From Octopus bimaculoides (taxonomy: Eukaryota): a stretch of 49,900 nt of DNA. The position numbers and the translations under genes were made by a program. The stretch's first letter is position 1, and the number at the start of each line of letters is the position of its first letter. Positions 24,962-37,150 of this stretch are shown one piece after another. The stretch is from NCBI RefSeq assembly GCF_001194135.2, contig NC_068989.1:68378967-68428866 (forward strand). The letters run 5' to 3'. The notes under the pieces are model-generated. The model was not told the origin of the DNA. It did not search any database and saw nothing but the letters and a program-made list of their open reading frames with translations.

Positions 24962-24998
24962 TTGATATTATATTTCCACAAATCTTTCATCTCGATAC

Positions 24999-25133
24999 CT
25001 TCACTCAATCCATGTGCTGTTTGTATTAAAAAGCCTGTTGGGCCTTCATTCACTGTTAACATTTTCATCTCTTCAATGTAAGGAAGATGATTTACTTCCT
25101 TTATGACAATACGTCCATCCCTTACAATCTTTG
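24999..25133 (-). CDS. Candidate exon (135 nt, phase 1-1), unknown product
   Basis: Acceptor ..atactcttag and donor GAAG|gtatcg. Reads (A)KIVRDGRIVIKEVNHLPYIEEMKMLTVNEGPTGFLIQTAHGLSE(G). Confidence 0.3.
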
Positions 25134-25364
25134 CTAAGAGTATCATACGTGCAATAAAAATCAATAAACACAAGCTATCCCATTGAAAGATTATTCTATT
25201 GACCTTCATAGCGGAATTTTATCTTCCATTTACTATTTCTTGTTATAATCCTCCTGTTTACAACCGATCGTTATCCGCTCGATCTCTTCACCATTTTATT
25301 ATCGAATAATGAGGGATCGTGTTATTAACCTATTTCTAAAACTTAATATTACTATATTTTTCAG

Positions 25365-25621
25365 CTATTCTGGTTTCATTGTTTTCGTTCTCAGTGTTAC
25401 TGAGTGCATTTCTTTGTAACATATATATGTACAGTGTTATGATCTGGTTTGGTACTACCTGTTCTACTGAAAATATTCTACGTAATACACGTGTCGTATC
25501 TGGCTGCATTATTACCTTTATGTTGCGCATATTTGTAACTCATGGGGCTTTGGCTATGTACTGGTCTGGATATTCTTTTTTAACATGCCCAGAGCATGTT
25601 TACACAGCCACGACAATCTGA
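25365..25621 (+). CDS. Candidate terminal exon, hydrophobic (two TM-like segments)
   Basis: Acceptor ttactatatttttcag and about 85 open codons: ILVSLFSFSVLLSAFLCNIYMYSVMIWFG...TFMLRIFVTHGALAMYWSGY..*. Length alone is not significant in this window. Confidence 0.25.
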
Positions 25622-26022
25622 TTAACTCTTTGTAACGATATCTGATCGATTAGCCTTATAATAATCAGAAATCTTTTATTATAATATTGTGTATAATATT
25701 TCAGTCTATATATAAATGCGCAATGGCACCAAGTGTAATATCTTGACGCAGAAAAACATCTTAAAGAGATTTATGTGTTAAAAAGCTCAGGTATTCTCCT
25801 CGGTAGCGAAATAACCCGTTCGGTTATTCATCACTAAGATAAAACAAAGTCGAAACACTGTGTTACACGATCCACCATCATTCTGAGTGAACGCTTGTTT
25901 TCTAACATCTTGGAGATGTTTCCCTGAGACAAATTATTGTTGCAAGTACCGTTCTACATTTGTATCCACTTTATTAACATTATACACACTGGAATTTTAA
26001 TTTAAGGTTCTGGTAAGTGTGT

Positions 26023-26245
26023 TATTTCTTTACTACCCACAAGGGGCTACACACAGAGGGGACAAACAAGAACAGACAAACACGGATTAAGTCGATTATA
26101 TCGACCCCAGTGCGTAACTGGTACTTATTTAATCGACCCCAAAAGGATGAAAGGCAAAGTCGGCCTCGGCGGAATTTGAACTCAGAACGTAGCGGCAGAC
26201 GAAATACCGCTAAGCATTTCGCCCGGCGTGCTAACGCTTCTGCCA
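26023..26245 (-). mobile_element. SINE family A copy with 16-bp TSD (tail type 1)
   Basis: TSD gttctggtaagtgtgt at 26007-26022 and 26246-26261. Confidence 0.93.
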
Positions 26246-27574
26246 GTTCTGGTAAGTGTGTACGTTAATATTATTATGATCATAAAATTAAAATTATGCA
26301 ATATTAACATTACACAGATACTGATTTCATTAGCTTGTAATAGCATTTAGCTTAATGAGCTCATGGCAGGGATTGAGTTAGTAATTCTGACACTGGGTCA
26401 AGCAGATTCTTCTTGTGAAACAATTTAAGGATAGACGTGTTAGTGGAATACTCAACCACGTAACAAATTAATCCAGTGAATAGGTCATTCAGCTAGTCGA
26501 AGAACTGGGCGCTCATGCGTCGAAATCGCCGGGAGAGTCCATTACACACACACACACACACATACACACGTNNNNNNNNNNNNNNNNNNNNNNNNNNNNN
26601 NNNNNNNNNNNNNNNNNNNNNNNNNNNNNNNNNNNNNNNNNNNNNNNNNNNNNNNNNNNNNNNNNNNNNNNNNNNNNNNNNNNNNNNNNNNNNNNNNNNN
26701 NNNNNNNNNNNNNNNATATATATATTCATTCGAATATACGTAAACTTATATTATATACAAAAGCATACACACCATTGTTATTATTTCAGAATAACTGAAA
26801 TATATATTAATATTATAGAATCTTCTAGTATACTCAATATCGTGCATGAATGATAGGTTTTCATCAAAATGTCAAATATGCAGTTTAGGCTGGCTACTAC
26901 TGAGCTACAGGATTCTTTGATTAGATGCTGTTCTATGCTACTACTGTGTAAGAAAAGAAGCCGGATAAATCTATCACAAGACGTTGCCAATAAACTTTAA
27001 AAAGGTTTCTCAGGGTCTCCTCTTTTTTTTTCTTTTTTCCTGCACATCAATAAAATAGAAAGAATGTGCTTAAGGTCGTATTTAACCAACAATAGTGTTT
27101 TATAATATATAAGTATGACTGTGTGAGTATATATGCGTTCGTGTCTGTCCTGCGACCTTTGGTTATATACTCGTCTATATCTTTTCTCATCATTCTCGAA
27201 ACATACAATATGGTAGAGATGGGGTTTTTTCAATCCCCATAATCTGGTGGTTCATGTCTGCATCTTTGTGCAAGGTGCGGTAAAATAAATTCAGATTCGC
27301 CATACTTGACAAATTCTCAAACAGAAAAAAGGTACGGTCAAAGGCACGATGGTAGCTGAAGAAAGGAGCGGTGAAGCACCTCGGTTATATGAAGACGCCG
27401 TTGCTATCTATCTAACTTTACAAGCACCATACCAATGACGGTGTAAAATATAATAGGTTTTACTGCCGCATCCTTTACTTAGATAATTTCTTCATTGTTT
27501 TTAAAGATACCCTGTCCTATATTCCGATTTATAGTCTAACCAAAAGTAAATTATTATTACTATTGATATTAATA

Positions 27575-27768
27575 AAGGTGGCGGAGTAGCAGTGTGGTAA
27601 GTACGCCGGGTAAGATGCTTAGTAGCATTTCGTCCGTTTTTACGTTCTGAGTTCGAATTCCACCGAGGTCGATAAAATAAGTACCAGTTAAACACTAGGG
27701 TTGATGTAATCGATTAATCTCCTCCCTCGAAATTGCTGGTCTTGAGCGAAAATTTGAAATGAATATTA
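27575..27768 (+). mobile_element. SINE family A copy (tail type 2) with internal deletion
   Basis: Family signature. A head fragment of another copy follows at about 27769-27810. Confidence 0.8.
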
Positions 27769-27910
27769 AGGCGGCGATTTGCCAGAATCGTTAACAAGTC
27801 GGGAATTCAAGCTGTAATTACTGCCAACGGCGATCCTACCGCATCTTGAAATAAATTTGTCTGAAATTTTAAGATGGTTCCATTATTTTGTCCAACCCCT
27901 GTATATAGGG

Positions 27911-28237
27911 TGAAGTCGTGTGGTTTTGTGGTTAGGGGCAATCGGCTCACGATCGTAAGGTCGTGAGTTTGATTCTCGACAGGACGTTGTTAGCTTGAGC
28001 AGGACACCTTGTTTCACGTTGCTCCAGTTCTCTCAACTGGCAAAAATGAGTAGTACCTGTATTTCGAAGGGCCAGCCTTGTCACACTCTGTGTCATGCTG
28101 AATCTCCCTGAGAATTACGTTAAGGATGCTCGTGTCTGAGGAGTGCTCGTTTACTTGCAGTTTAATTTCACGAGCAAGCTTTTCCATTGATCGGGTCAAC
28201 TGAAACCCTCGACGTTGTAACCGATAGAATGCCAGTT
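27911..28237 (+). mobile_element. tRNA SINE sharing the family B 3' half but with a different central domain
   Basis: 3' half (agggccagccttgtcacactc..gtaaccgatagaatgcca) aligns to family B. The 5' body differs (ttgagcaggacacc..ttgctccag). Confidence 0.85.
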
Positions 28238-28255
28238 ATTATTATAGATAGATAT

Positions 28256-28497
28256 AAGGCGGCGTGCTGGCAGAATCGTTAGCAAGGCCGGGCGTAATGC
28301 TTAGCAGCATTTCGTTCGTCTTCATGTTCTGAGTTCAAATTCTGCCGCAGTCATCTTTGCCTTTCGTCCTTTCGGTGTCGATAAAATAAGTATCAATTGA
28401 GTATTGGAGTCGCTGTAATCGACTTACTCCTCCACCAATATGGCTTAACCCCTACCTCCATATTCCAGGGCTTGTGCCTATAGAAGAAAGGATTATT
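28256..28497 (+). mobile_element. SINE family A copy
   Basis: aaggcggcgtgctggcagaatcgttagc head and conserved body. Confidence 0.88.
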
Positions 28498-28503
28498 ATA
28501 GAC

Positions 28504-28553
<50 letters not shown>

Positions 28554-28811
28554 TATTACAATAATCATCCTGCGCTATAGCAGCAACTTCACTAATAAAC
28601 ATCCCATAAAATTACTCTGAAGGCAGGAATAAAATAGGAACTTTTCTGAGCGAACTTAAAAACGCTTCACATATACGAACTTAAAGGATATATGTGTGCG
28701 TGTGTGCATGTGTGTGTGTGTGTGTGTGTGTGTTTATACATAATATATAAATATATAGTTCTATATTTAAGAGATGAGGAATTATTTACATTATTTACAT
28801 TATTTACATTT

Positions 28812-28875
28812 GCGTAGTGGTTAAGAGCGCGGGCTACTAACCCCAAGATTCCGAGTTCGATTCACGGCAGCGACC
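28812..28875 (+). other. tRNA-like Pol III module (A and B boxes), not a canonical tRNA gene
   Basis: gcgtagtggttaag (A box), ggg-ctactaa-ccc anticodon-like hairpin and gagttcgattc (B box). The 5' acceptor strand is missing. Confidence 0.6.
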
Positions 28876-28957
28876 TGATTAATAATAGTAATAATAATAA
28901 TAATATAATAATAGTAACATCGTTAGGAATGAGAACCCAGGTTCGAAATTTCCCCAA

Positions 28958-29003
28958 GACACCTGACGAAGGCTGGAGGGTATATCAGCCGAAACGTTGT
29001 GTT
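28958..29003 (+). ncRNA. Minimal type I hammerhead ribozyme
   Basis: Stem I GACAC/GTGTT, core CTGACGA plus extra A, stem II GGCTG/CAGCC, GAAA, palindromic loopless stem III ACGT and GUU triplet. Predicted cut after 28998. Confidence 0.7.
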
Positions 29004-29401
29004 AACAACAAACAAGATGAGGACAAGTATCCATCAAATGTAAATAATGTAAATAATGTATATAAATATATGCATAATGCATACCTATATATATCACACA
29101 TTTTTGCCTCATATTCCATTGTATTTTTAAATTTTGAATCTGTTTTGGAAGATGAAATCCTCACAGGCGACACTTTTTGTGTTTTACATTGTCATACAGG
29201 AATAAAAAGAATAATTTAAAAAAACTAATCAAGTGAGTTTTACAAGAATGTTGCTTTCGTTTGTCTATAATGAAAAAAAAAAGCTAATTACGTTAATAAT
29301 TGCTAGCTGATATTCCGCGGCCTAATTAGAAACGACAATGAAATAACAGAGAAGTCCTGGGGTCGACTTGTTCGACTAAAAAGGCTAAAACAAATAAACG
29401 A

Positions 29402-29459
<58 letters not shown>

Positions 29460-29723
29460 NNNNNNNNNNNNNNNNNNNNNNNNNNNNNNNNNNNNNNNNN
29501 NNNNNNNNNNNNNNNNNNNNNNNNNNNNNNNNNNNNNNNNNNNNNNNNNNNNNNNNNNNNNNNNNNNNNNNNNNNNNNNNNNNNNNNNNNNNNNNNNNNN
29601 NNNNNNNNNNNNNNNNNNNNNNNNNNNNNNNNNNNNNNNNNNNNNNNNNNNNNNNNNNNNNNNNNNNNNNNNNNNNNNNNNNNNNNNNNNNNNNNNNNNN
29701 NNNNNNNNNNNNNNNNNNNNNNN

Positions 29724-29788
<65 letters not shown>

Positions 29789-30134
29789 AAATCGATACAG
29801 CAAATAATATATCCAGTACCTAATTACATCTATACAACACCACAAAATAAATCGAATAAATTTAACAAATGACTCGGACTACCGAAATAAATATTTTACT
29901 CGGGGATAAAAATACTTCTTTTCGTAAACGTCTTCTCTCGGTTCCTTACATACAAACGCTTATGGCGCGCGCATATATACGCATATTCTCCAATCACACT
30001 TAAACTCACGCATCCACACACACACACGCACATACACGCACACACACACTCACGCGCGCACACACCCCACGTACGCAGCTAATTGGGGTCTCTGTGCATG
30101 AGTGCCAAAAGCGTTCGAATGTGTGTGTGTGCGC

Positions 30135-30170
<36 letters not shown>

Positions 30171-30888
30171 ATGTGCACATTTTAACAAGGTTCGTTTGAG
30201 TCTCTTTCTCTCCTTCCTCTCACTCTCCCCATTCCTCCTCTCTCTCTCTCTCTCATCTTACTCTCTCCCTCCCTTCTCTCTCGCGCACACACACACTTTT
30301 ACCAGCCTCTTTCCGCAGTCGACAAATTGTGTACAACACAGGAAATTTCCGTTAGTTCTTTAATATAATAAATGAAAAAGCGTGTCCCTTTATGAAATGA
30401 CTTTATTTAAATTGTTCTACTCAAAACTAATCAAATTAGTTTTATTGCTACGGCTATATTTTTAATATGCTGAATACATTCTCCTTATTACGTTCATCAG
30501 AAACAATTTTAATGGAATTAGATGATTACATTATTAGATTCCTGCCCTAAAATTGTCTCTTGGTTTTAATGGGGAAAAAATTGTTAGAAACGCTGAATGT
30601 TTAAGGCATAATAAAACTATGGGTAATTGTTATATTACCTTTTAATATTTTAAATTTAATTAAATGCAAGTCTCTTTTCTTAAAATCAAGTCAATTTTGT
30701 TAAGTTTCATTCGCTCGTTTGTAAATTATCACAAACGAAATATTCTGAGATCAGTAATTCAACACCGAAAGCTTACGAAAACTACAAGGAGGACCTTAAC
30801 CCGTCAGCCATAACTGATGTAATTGAAAGGCAGGTTTATATAAAAATGTAATATAAATATCTCTCATATTTGACACAGCCATTCTTGT

Positions 30889-31271
30889 GGTTGTTGGGAC
30901 TCCGTCGCTTACGACGTCGAGGGTTCCAGTTGATCCTTTCAACGGAACAGCCTGCTCGTGAAATTAACGTGCAGGTGGCTGTGCACTCCACAGACACGTG
31001 TACCCTTAACGTAGTTCTCGGGGATATTCAGCGTGACACAGTGTGACAAGACTGGCCCTTTGAATTACAGGCACAACAGAAACAGGAAGAAGAGTGAGAG
31101 AAAGTTGTGGTGAAAGAATACAGCAGGGTTTGCCACCATCCCCTGCCGGAGCCCCGTGGAGCTTTAGGTGTTTGCGCTCAATAAACACTCACAACGCCCA
31201 GTCTGGGAATCGAAACCGCGATCCTACGACCACGTGTCCGCTGCCCTAACCACTGGTCCATTGCGCCTCCA
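30889..31271 (-). mobile_element. SINE family B, full length, 9-bp TSD
   Basis: TSD cattcttgt at 30880-30888 and 31272-31280. Colinear with 23713-24097. Confidence 0.92.
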
Positions 31272-31639
31272 CATTCTTGTTGTACCAGTGAAGTAATGCA
31301 GATAGAAATGGTGTCTTCGCATAGCTAATGTTTCATCGTTTTAATTTTTGTAGTCATCATTATTGTTTGAACCTGTGTACACCGTGTATTTGCTTTCGAA
31401 TCGTTTATCAAGAATAGCGAATCTGAGGATTTTTACCGCATTGTGTATGAGCGTATAAAACATTAACCACTCAGGTTTTTAACTGAGTAAATGTAGTTTT
31501 AAACACTTTCTTGTCTAGAATTTAAACTGAAATTAAATTCCTTTTAATACAATGGAATGTTACTGCATTTACAATTAAATTGCCTTTGTCGACCAGCGTA
31601 CAATAATAGTTAATACATTTTTAAAACAACAGATATACA

Positions 31640-31835
31640 TAGCGAACTAAATGAAACTGCTATATGGTGACCCGCTTGAAATAGCAGCCAAATTTCTCTA
31701 TAAGATCTCCGCTTTAACTTAAAATGAAAAGGAATGATGTAGCTGGGTGTAATCTTAAGCTGAAATGACGTGATGATCAAAGCTAAATTGCTCATAAATA
31801 CAGTTTACTTGACCAAGCTTGACCCAGGTTATGCA
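31640..31835 (-). repeat. Unclassified dispersed repeat (also about 6390-6500, 6820-6960, 17930-18000, 44605-44770)
   Basis: Shared degenerate motifs such as gatttggctgctattt..agc and tgatcaaag..tt.cagc among copies. Confidence 0.4.
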
Positions 31836-31992
31836 TGACTTCACCAACAAGAAACATAACGTTTATTACAAAAATTAGTACAATGATGAAAGAAAATAGC
31901 ATACTTGAAAAATATATAATAACACACAATAATAAACATCGAGTAATATTATATAATAGTTAATATTACATGCTACAAATAGGCTCACAATG

Positions 31993-32608
31993 TCGTTACC
32001 GCGCTGGCTGATTAAAACGCTTAACGGTATTTCTTCTGACTTCATGCTCTGAGTTCAAATGCCGCCGGGTAAACTTTGCCTTCCATCCTTTCGGAGTCGA
32101 TAAAATAAATAGCAGCTGAGTACTTTGAGTCGATGCAATTGACTACCGCCCCCCACATCCACCAACCTCGAAATTGCTGGCCTTGTGCCAAAATTTGAAA
32201 CCGATATTATATACTTAGAGGTATTTCGTCTGTCGCTACGTTCTGAGTTCAAATTCCGCCAAGGTCGACTTTGTCTTTCATCCTTTCGGGGTCGATAAAT
32301 TAGGCACCAGTTACGCACTGAGGTCGATGTAATCGACTTAATCCCTTTGTCTGTCCTTGTTTGTCCCCTCTATGTTTAGCCCCTTGTGAGCAATAAAGAA
32401 ATGAGAAACGTTAGCACGCCGGGCAAAATGCTTAACAGCATTTCGCCCTTCTCTAACTTCTGAGTTCAAATTCCGCCGTGGTCAACTTTGCCGTTCACCT
32501 TTTGGGTTCGATTAAATAAGTACCAGCTGAACACTAGGGTCGACGTAATAGACTTATTACCCTTTCCCACGAAATCGCTGGTCTTGTGCCAAAATTTAAA
32601 ATTAATAT
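31993..32608 (+). mobile_element. Three head-to-tail SINE family A copies
   Basis: Copies at about 31993-32210 (tail 2), 32220-32401 (tail 1) and 32405-32608 (tail 2). Confidence 0.88.
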
Positions 32609-32684
32609 TACATACTAAAACTTAATACGAAACACAATACTTTATCATAATATACACAGAACACAATAACATATGTTACAATAC

Positions 32685-32825
32685 CATGGTTACACAGAAT
32701 CACAGCCATTTGTTCATTACAGTCAAAGGCTAAGGGAGCAGAATCAGCTTTATAGCAGACTTGAGGATACGCACACTCGACTGAATCTATCGTATCCACC
32801 AGAAATGAAGCAAAATAGCTGAGGT
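32685..32825 (-). CDS. Candidate exon (141 nt, phase 1-1), unknown product
   Basis: Acceptor ctgctgtctccag and donor CATG|gtattg. Reads (D)LSYFASFLVDTIDSVECAYPQVCYKADSAPLAFDCNEQMAVILCNH(G). Confidence 0.22.
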
Positions 32826-33047
32826 CTGGAGACAGCAGATCTAGTAAACCCCGCTCAGTCTACACAATCGGGGCTGGATCTGAGTTAAACCACAACAATA
32901 GCGACAACCTAACTATCAGTTTGGTTAATCATATGCTTACTTCCCCAATGCTGATGTTCTATAACAAGCAGAGCAAAGTAGAATGACATACGTGGTTCCG
33001 CTAGCTGTTACAGCTTTTACATGGGAAATAATCACTCTGTTTTAGAC

Positions 33048-33255
33048 AAGCTGGCAGAATCTTTATCACGCCGGACAATATACTTAGCGGCATTTCGTCT
33101 ATCTTCTAAGGTCAAATTCCGCCGAAGTCGATTTTGCCTTACATCCTTTCGGGGGTCGATAAAATAAGTACCAGTAGAATACTGGATTCTATGTAATGGA
33201 TTTAACCCTTTCTACCGAAATTGCTGGCTTTGTATCAAAATTTGAAATGAATATA
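33048..33255 (+). mobile_element. SINE family A copy (tail 2)
   Basis: Family signature. Confidence 0.85.
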
Positions 33256-34359
33256 AGGCAAGATTGTAAATTTAAAATTGAGATTAGGGAACTAATATAA
33301 TCAATACAATATTAACTTTTAACTTTAAGAGATTATAATTCTGCTTAGATTTCTTCATAACAGCCCACATAGCAAAGAATAGTTCCTCCTGCATTCATAG
33401 ACCACTGCCTCATAACATACGTGATATTATTACAAATGTCTGCCAGTCTCAGTAGTTAAAAACATCAATCTTATAAAAGTCTTTGGGGGATTTCGTACAG
33501 CTCTACTCATATAGTTTTCTTTATTATAAATCAAATGTTCTTTGACATTTATTATTCTGTAAACCCACACATATTTATTGATCTAACATTTACTTTGATA
33601 TGTCTCAGGCAGCTCTATAGATCTTTTGTTTTCACTACCTCGCGTTTCTTAAATGTTTTTATATGCTTATTGACTTACACGATATCTAAATTCATTTGCC
33701 TAGGGATTATTTGAATCATAATTTAGATTGAGTAAATTCGTATATTCGGGAATCAGAAACATTTGATTTTATTTTTAAAAAGACAAAAGACAAGAAACAG
33801 ACAAAACTGAAATCATTCATTTTTGTTAAGGATTTAATTTAACCTCAAATGTTTAATGAATCGCAGAAGTTTTGTGTGAGAATATTAAAATAAATATNNN
33901 NNNNNNNNNNNNNNNNNNNNNNNNNNNNNNNNNNNNNNNNNNNNNNNNNNNNNNNNNNNNNNNNNNNNNNNNNNNNNNNNNNNNNNNNNNNNNNNNNNNN
34001 NNNNNNNNNNNNNNNNNNNNNNNNNNNNNNNNNNNNNNNNNNNNNNNNNNNNNNNNNNNNNNNNNNNNNNNNNNNNNNNNNNNNNNNNNNNNNNNNNNNN
34101 NNNNNNNNNNNNNNNNNNNNNNNNNNNNNNNNNNNNNNNNNNNNNNNNNNNNNNNNNNNNNNNNNNNNNNNNNNNNNNNNNNNNNNNNNNNNNNNNNNNN
34201 NNNNNNNNNNNNNNNNNNNNNNNNNNNNNNNNNNNNNNNNNNNNNNNNNNNNNNNNNNNNNNNNNNNNNNNNNNNNNNNNNNNNNNNNNNNNNNNNNNNN
34301 NNNNNNNNNNNNNNNNNNNNNNNNNNNNNNNNNNNNNNNNNNNNNNNNNNNNNNNNNNN

Positions 34360-34410
<51 letters not shown>

Positions 34411-34794
34411 TAATATACAGAGTATTAAAATATGTGTATAACGGTGGGTGTTGGGTGATACGTCGGGTTATCAATTATTTAGTTGCGAGGCGTAGACAAA
34501 ATGCTAGAAGTAATATACACTCGTAATAGCGTCCGGCATGCATGTTGAAGATACCGACATTTCACTAACATCACCGCTACAAGAAAGTTCAAATAGGATA
34601 AGAAAATGTGTTTTTGATAACAAGAGGAAGATATCTGTGGAAGGGGAATTAAGATGTCCTGTTTATCTTAGGAATGTTATTTCGTTTCTTCATATTGGGT
34701 TGACTGTATTCTCTCGTTGACAAAGGTTTGAGTATAACTTCATAAGGTGTATGCGAATAAATCTTTAACTAATTCATTTTCCTTATAATAATAT

Positions 34795-35476
34795 CATGAA
34801 AGGAATGGATTTCCCTCATTTTTGCTGTGATTGCTGCCTTCAGTTCACCAATCGTTTGAGGGTTGTTCTGGTAAACATCATCGTTGAGATACCCTTACAG
34901 ATAAAAATCTGGGTGGTTCAAGTCTGGTGAGTGCGGTGCCCATTCAACTTCACACTTCTTGCTCATCAATCTCCCCTGAAATCGCTCTCTCAGCCAGGCT
35001 AGGGAGTCATTTGATGCATGGGTGTTGCCCCGTCTTGCTAGAACTGCTGTCCATCTCGATCTATCCCTCTATTTATATCCCAGTGATACCCCAAAGCACT
35101 GCCACATAGCACTTCGTATTCACCGTTTGAGCTCTCTTATTTTCGTCTTCAAACTAATATGGGCCGCTGATGCCACGTTTCGAGATTGCTACCCATACTG
35201 TGCACTTTGTTGTGTGTAACTACCTCTGAAACACATCCTCCGGTGCGGATGTACCCCAATTAACACTATTTTTGGTATTTACATGTCCTGACAGCAAATA
35301 GTGCATTTCGTCAGTGTATGATTTGTTGGCGAAATAGGCCGCAGGTTGACCAAGACATGTTGGAGTAGACTATTATTCAAATCCTTCATGAACAAAGTCG
35401 ACTCGTATACTCTGAAGACGAAAAGAAAAATTAACATTAACAGTCATATTCAAAACTTTGTGGCGGAGTCACCCTG
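34795..35476 (-). mobile_element. Decayed DD41D (rosa-type) Tc1/mariner fragment
   Basis: Minus strand reads TDE.., QDGATP(H)ASNDSLAWLRERFQGRLMSKKCEVEWAPHSPDLNHPDFYL*GYLNDDVY. There are 41 residues between D2 and D3 after repairing one frameshift. One end reads TA-cagggtga. Confidence 0.85.
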
Positions 35477-36021
35477 TATATGTGTGTGTGTATGTGTTGA
35501 CAGACAGACAGATACATACATACATACATACATACATACATACATGCATACATACATATAATACATACATTCATACATACATACGTACATACATACAAAC
35601 GTACATGAATAGATCGCTTTGAAATATCTGACATAAAGTAACTTAATTAACGCAGTCTGAAACATATCAGATCAATACATTTGTTAGATATCTGCAAAAC
35701 ACTTGAGAGTATTTAATTCCTCCATACGCACATGTGATCTTGGAAATGAAATTGTATTACGTTGGTGTCTTCTTCTGAGTAATTGTACTCCAAATGAAAT
35801 AGTTTTCAAAACACAATTGACAGAAGGCCACAGAAGTGATTCGCCCCGAGCTTTAACACTTATGCCATGATGATTGTGTGAGGATACTTGAAAATATCGG
35901 TACTTCTTCATGGCGCTTCTGAATCCAATGAACATCACTCACCTCAACATTCATATCCCAAGACGGTATCAAATTGAAATTTATTTTAGTAGAAATCATT
36001 GTATAAACAATGTGTATGTAC

Positions 36022-36057
<36 letters not shown>

Positions 36058-36989
36058 ACGTATGTATGTATTTATATATATGTATATATTTATATATACA
36101 TATGTATATGTATATATATATATCGATATATACACATATATACATATATAAGTATATATACGTATATATATACATATATATATATGTATATATACATATT
36201 TATGCATATACATATATGTATGTATGTAAATATATACACATACATACATATACGTATGTATACATATATATATATATATANNNNNNNNNNNNNNNNNNNN
36301 NNNNNNNNNNNNNNNNNNNNNNNNNNNNNNNNNNNNNNNNNNNNNNNNNNNNNNNNNNNNNNNNNNNNNNNNNNNNNNNNNNNNNNNNNNNNNNNNNNNN
36401 NNNNNNNNNNNNNNNNNNNNNNNNNNNNNNNNNNNNNNNNNNNNNNNNNNNNNNNNNNNNNNNNNNNNNNNNNNNNNNNNNNNNNNNNNNNNNNNNNNNN
36501 NNNNNNNNNNNNNNNNNNNNNNNNNNNNNNNNNNNNNNNNNNNNNNNNNNNNNNNNNNNNNNNNNNNNNNNNNNNNNNNNNNNNNNNNNNNNNNNNNNNN
36601 NNNNNNNNNNNNNNNNNNNNNNNNNNNNNNNNNNNNNNNNNNNNNNNNNNNNNNNNNNNNNNNNNNNNNNNNNNNNNNNNNNNNNNNNNNNNNNNNNNNN
36701 NNNNNNNNNNNNNNNNNNNNNNNNNNNNNNNNNNNNNNNNNNNNNNNNNNNNNNNNNNNNNNNNNNNNNNNNNNNNNNNNNNNNNNNNNNNNNNNNNNNA
36801 TATGTACCATCTATTTTCCGGGCCTTGGTTTCATGGTATTTTTAGCAAAATAAAATAATATTTTGCAAGGCCAGCTATCATCAGCGGAAAAGCCAAGATT
36901 AACACATAAATACGAGGCACTACATAGAAGCATGCTTCGTGCTTATATGTTATAATTTTTTATATCCACCGCGCATGCAAATTTTTGAA

Positions 36990-37150
36990 TGCAGTGGTTT
37001 TGCTGTTTTCAGATTTCACTGACGCCGACTTTGCCTTTCATCCTTTCAAGGTCGATAAAGTAAATACCATTTTATCATTGGGGTTGATGTCATCGACCAG
37101 CTCTCTCCCCACAAAATTTGAGAGCTTGTTTCTATAGTAGAAAGTATTAT
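36990..37150 (+). mobile_element. SINE family A fragment
   Basis: gccgactttgcctttcatcctttcaaggtcgataa core and tail 2. Confidence 0.75.

Larger units (their letters stand above)
28761..29060 (+). mobile_element. Penelope-type terminal repeat with inverted 5' arm, tRNA-like module, (AAT)n and hammerhead
   Basis: Left arm ..tatttacattatttacatttg is the reverse complement of right end caaatgtaaataatgtaaataatgta. Contains CTGACGAAGG..CCGAAACG typical of PLE termini. Confidence 0.7.

Noticed and set aside
26493-26545. Hairpin GGCGC-TCAT-GCGTC followed by GAAA
   Set aside because: No CUGANGA box or cleavage strand in register.
28812-28875. tRNA-Ser(ACT) gene; likewise SINE heads as tRNA genes
   Set aside because: The acceptor stem is incomplete, the anticodon is atypical, and the segments are embedded in repeats. 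They are tRNA-derived modules only.
35690-35938. Overlapping open frames on both strands (about 60 and 84 codons)
   Set aside because: No recognisable homology. Frames of this length are expected by chance, and the two strands are equally plausible.
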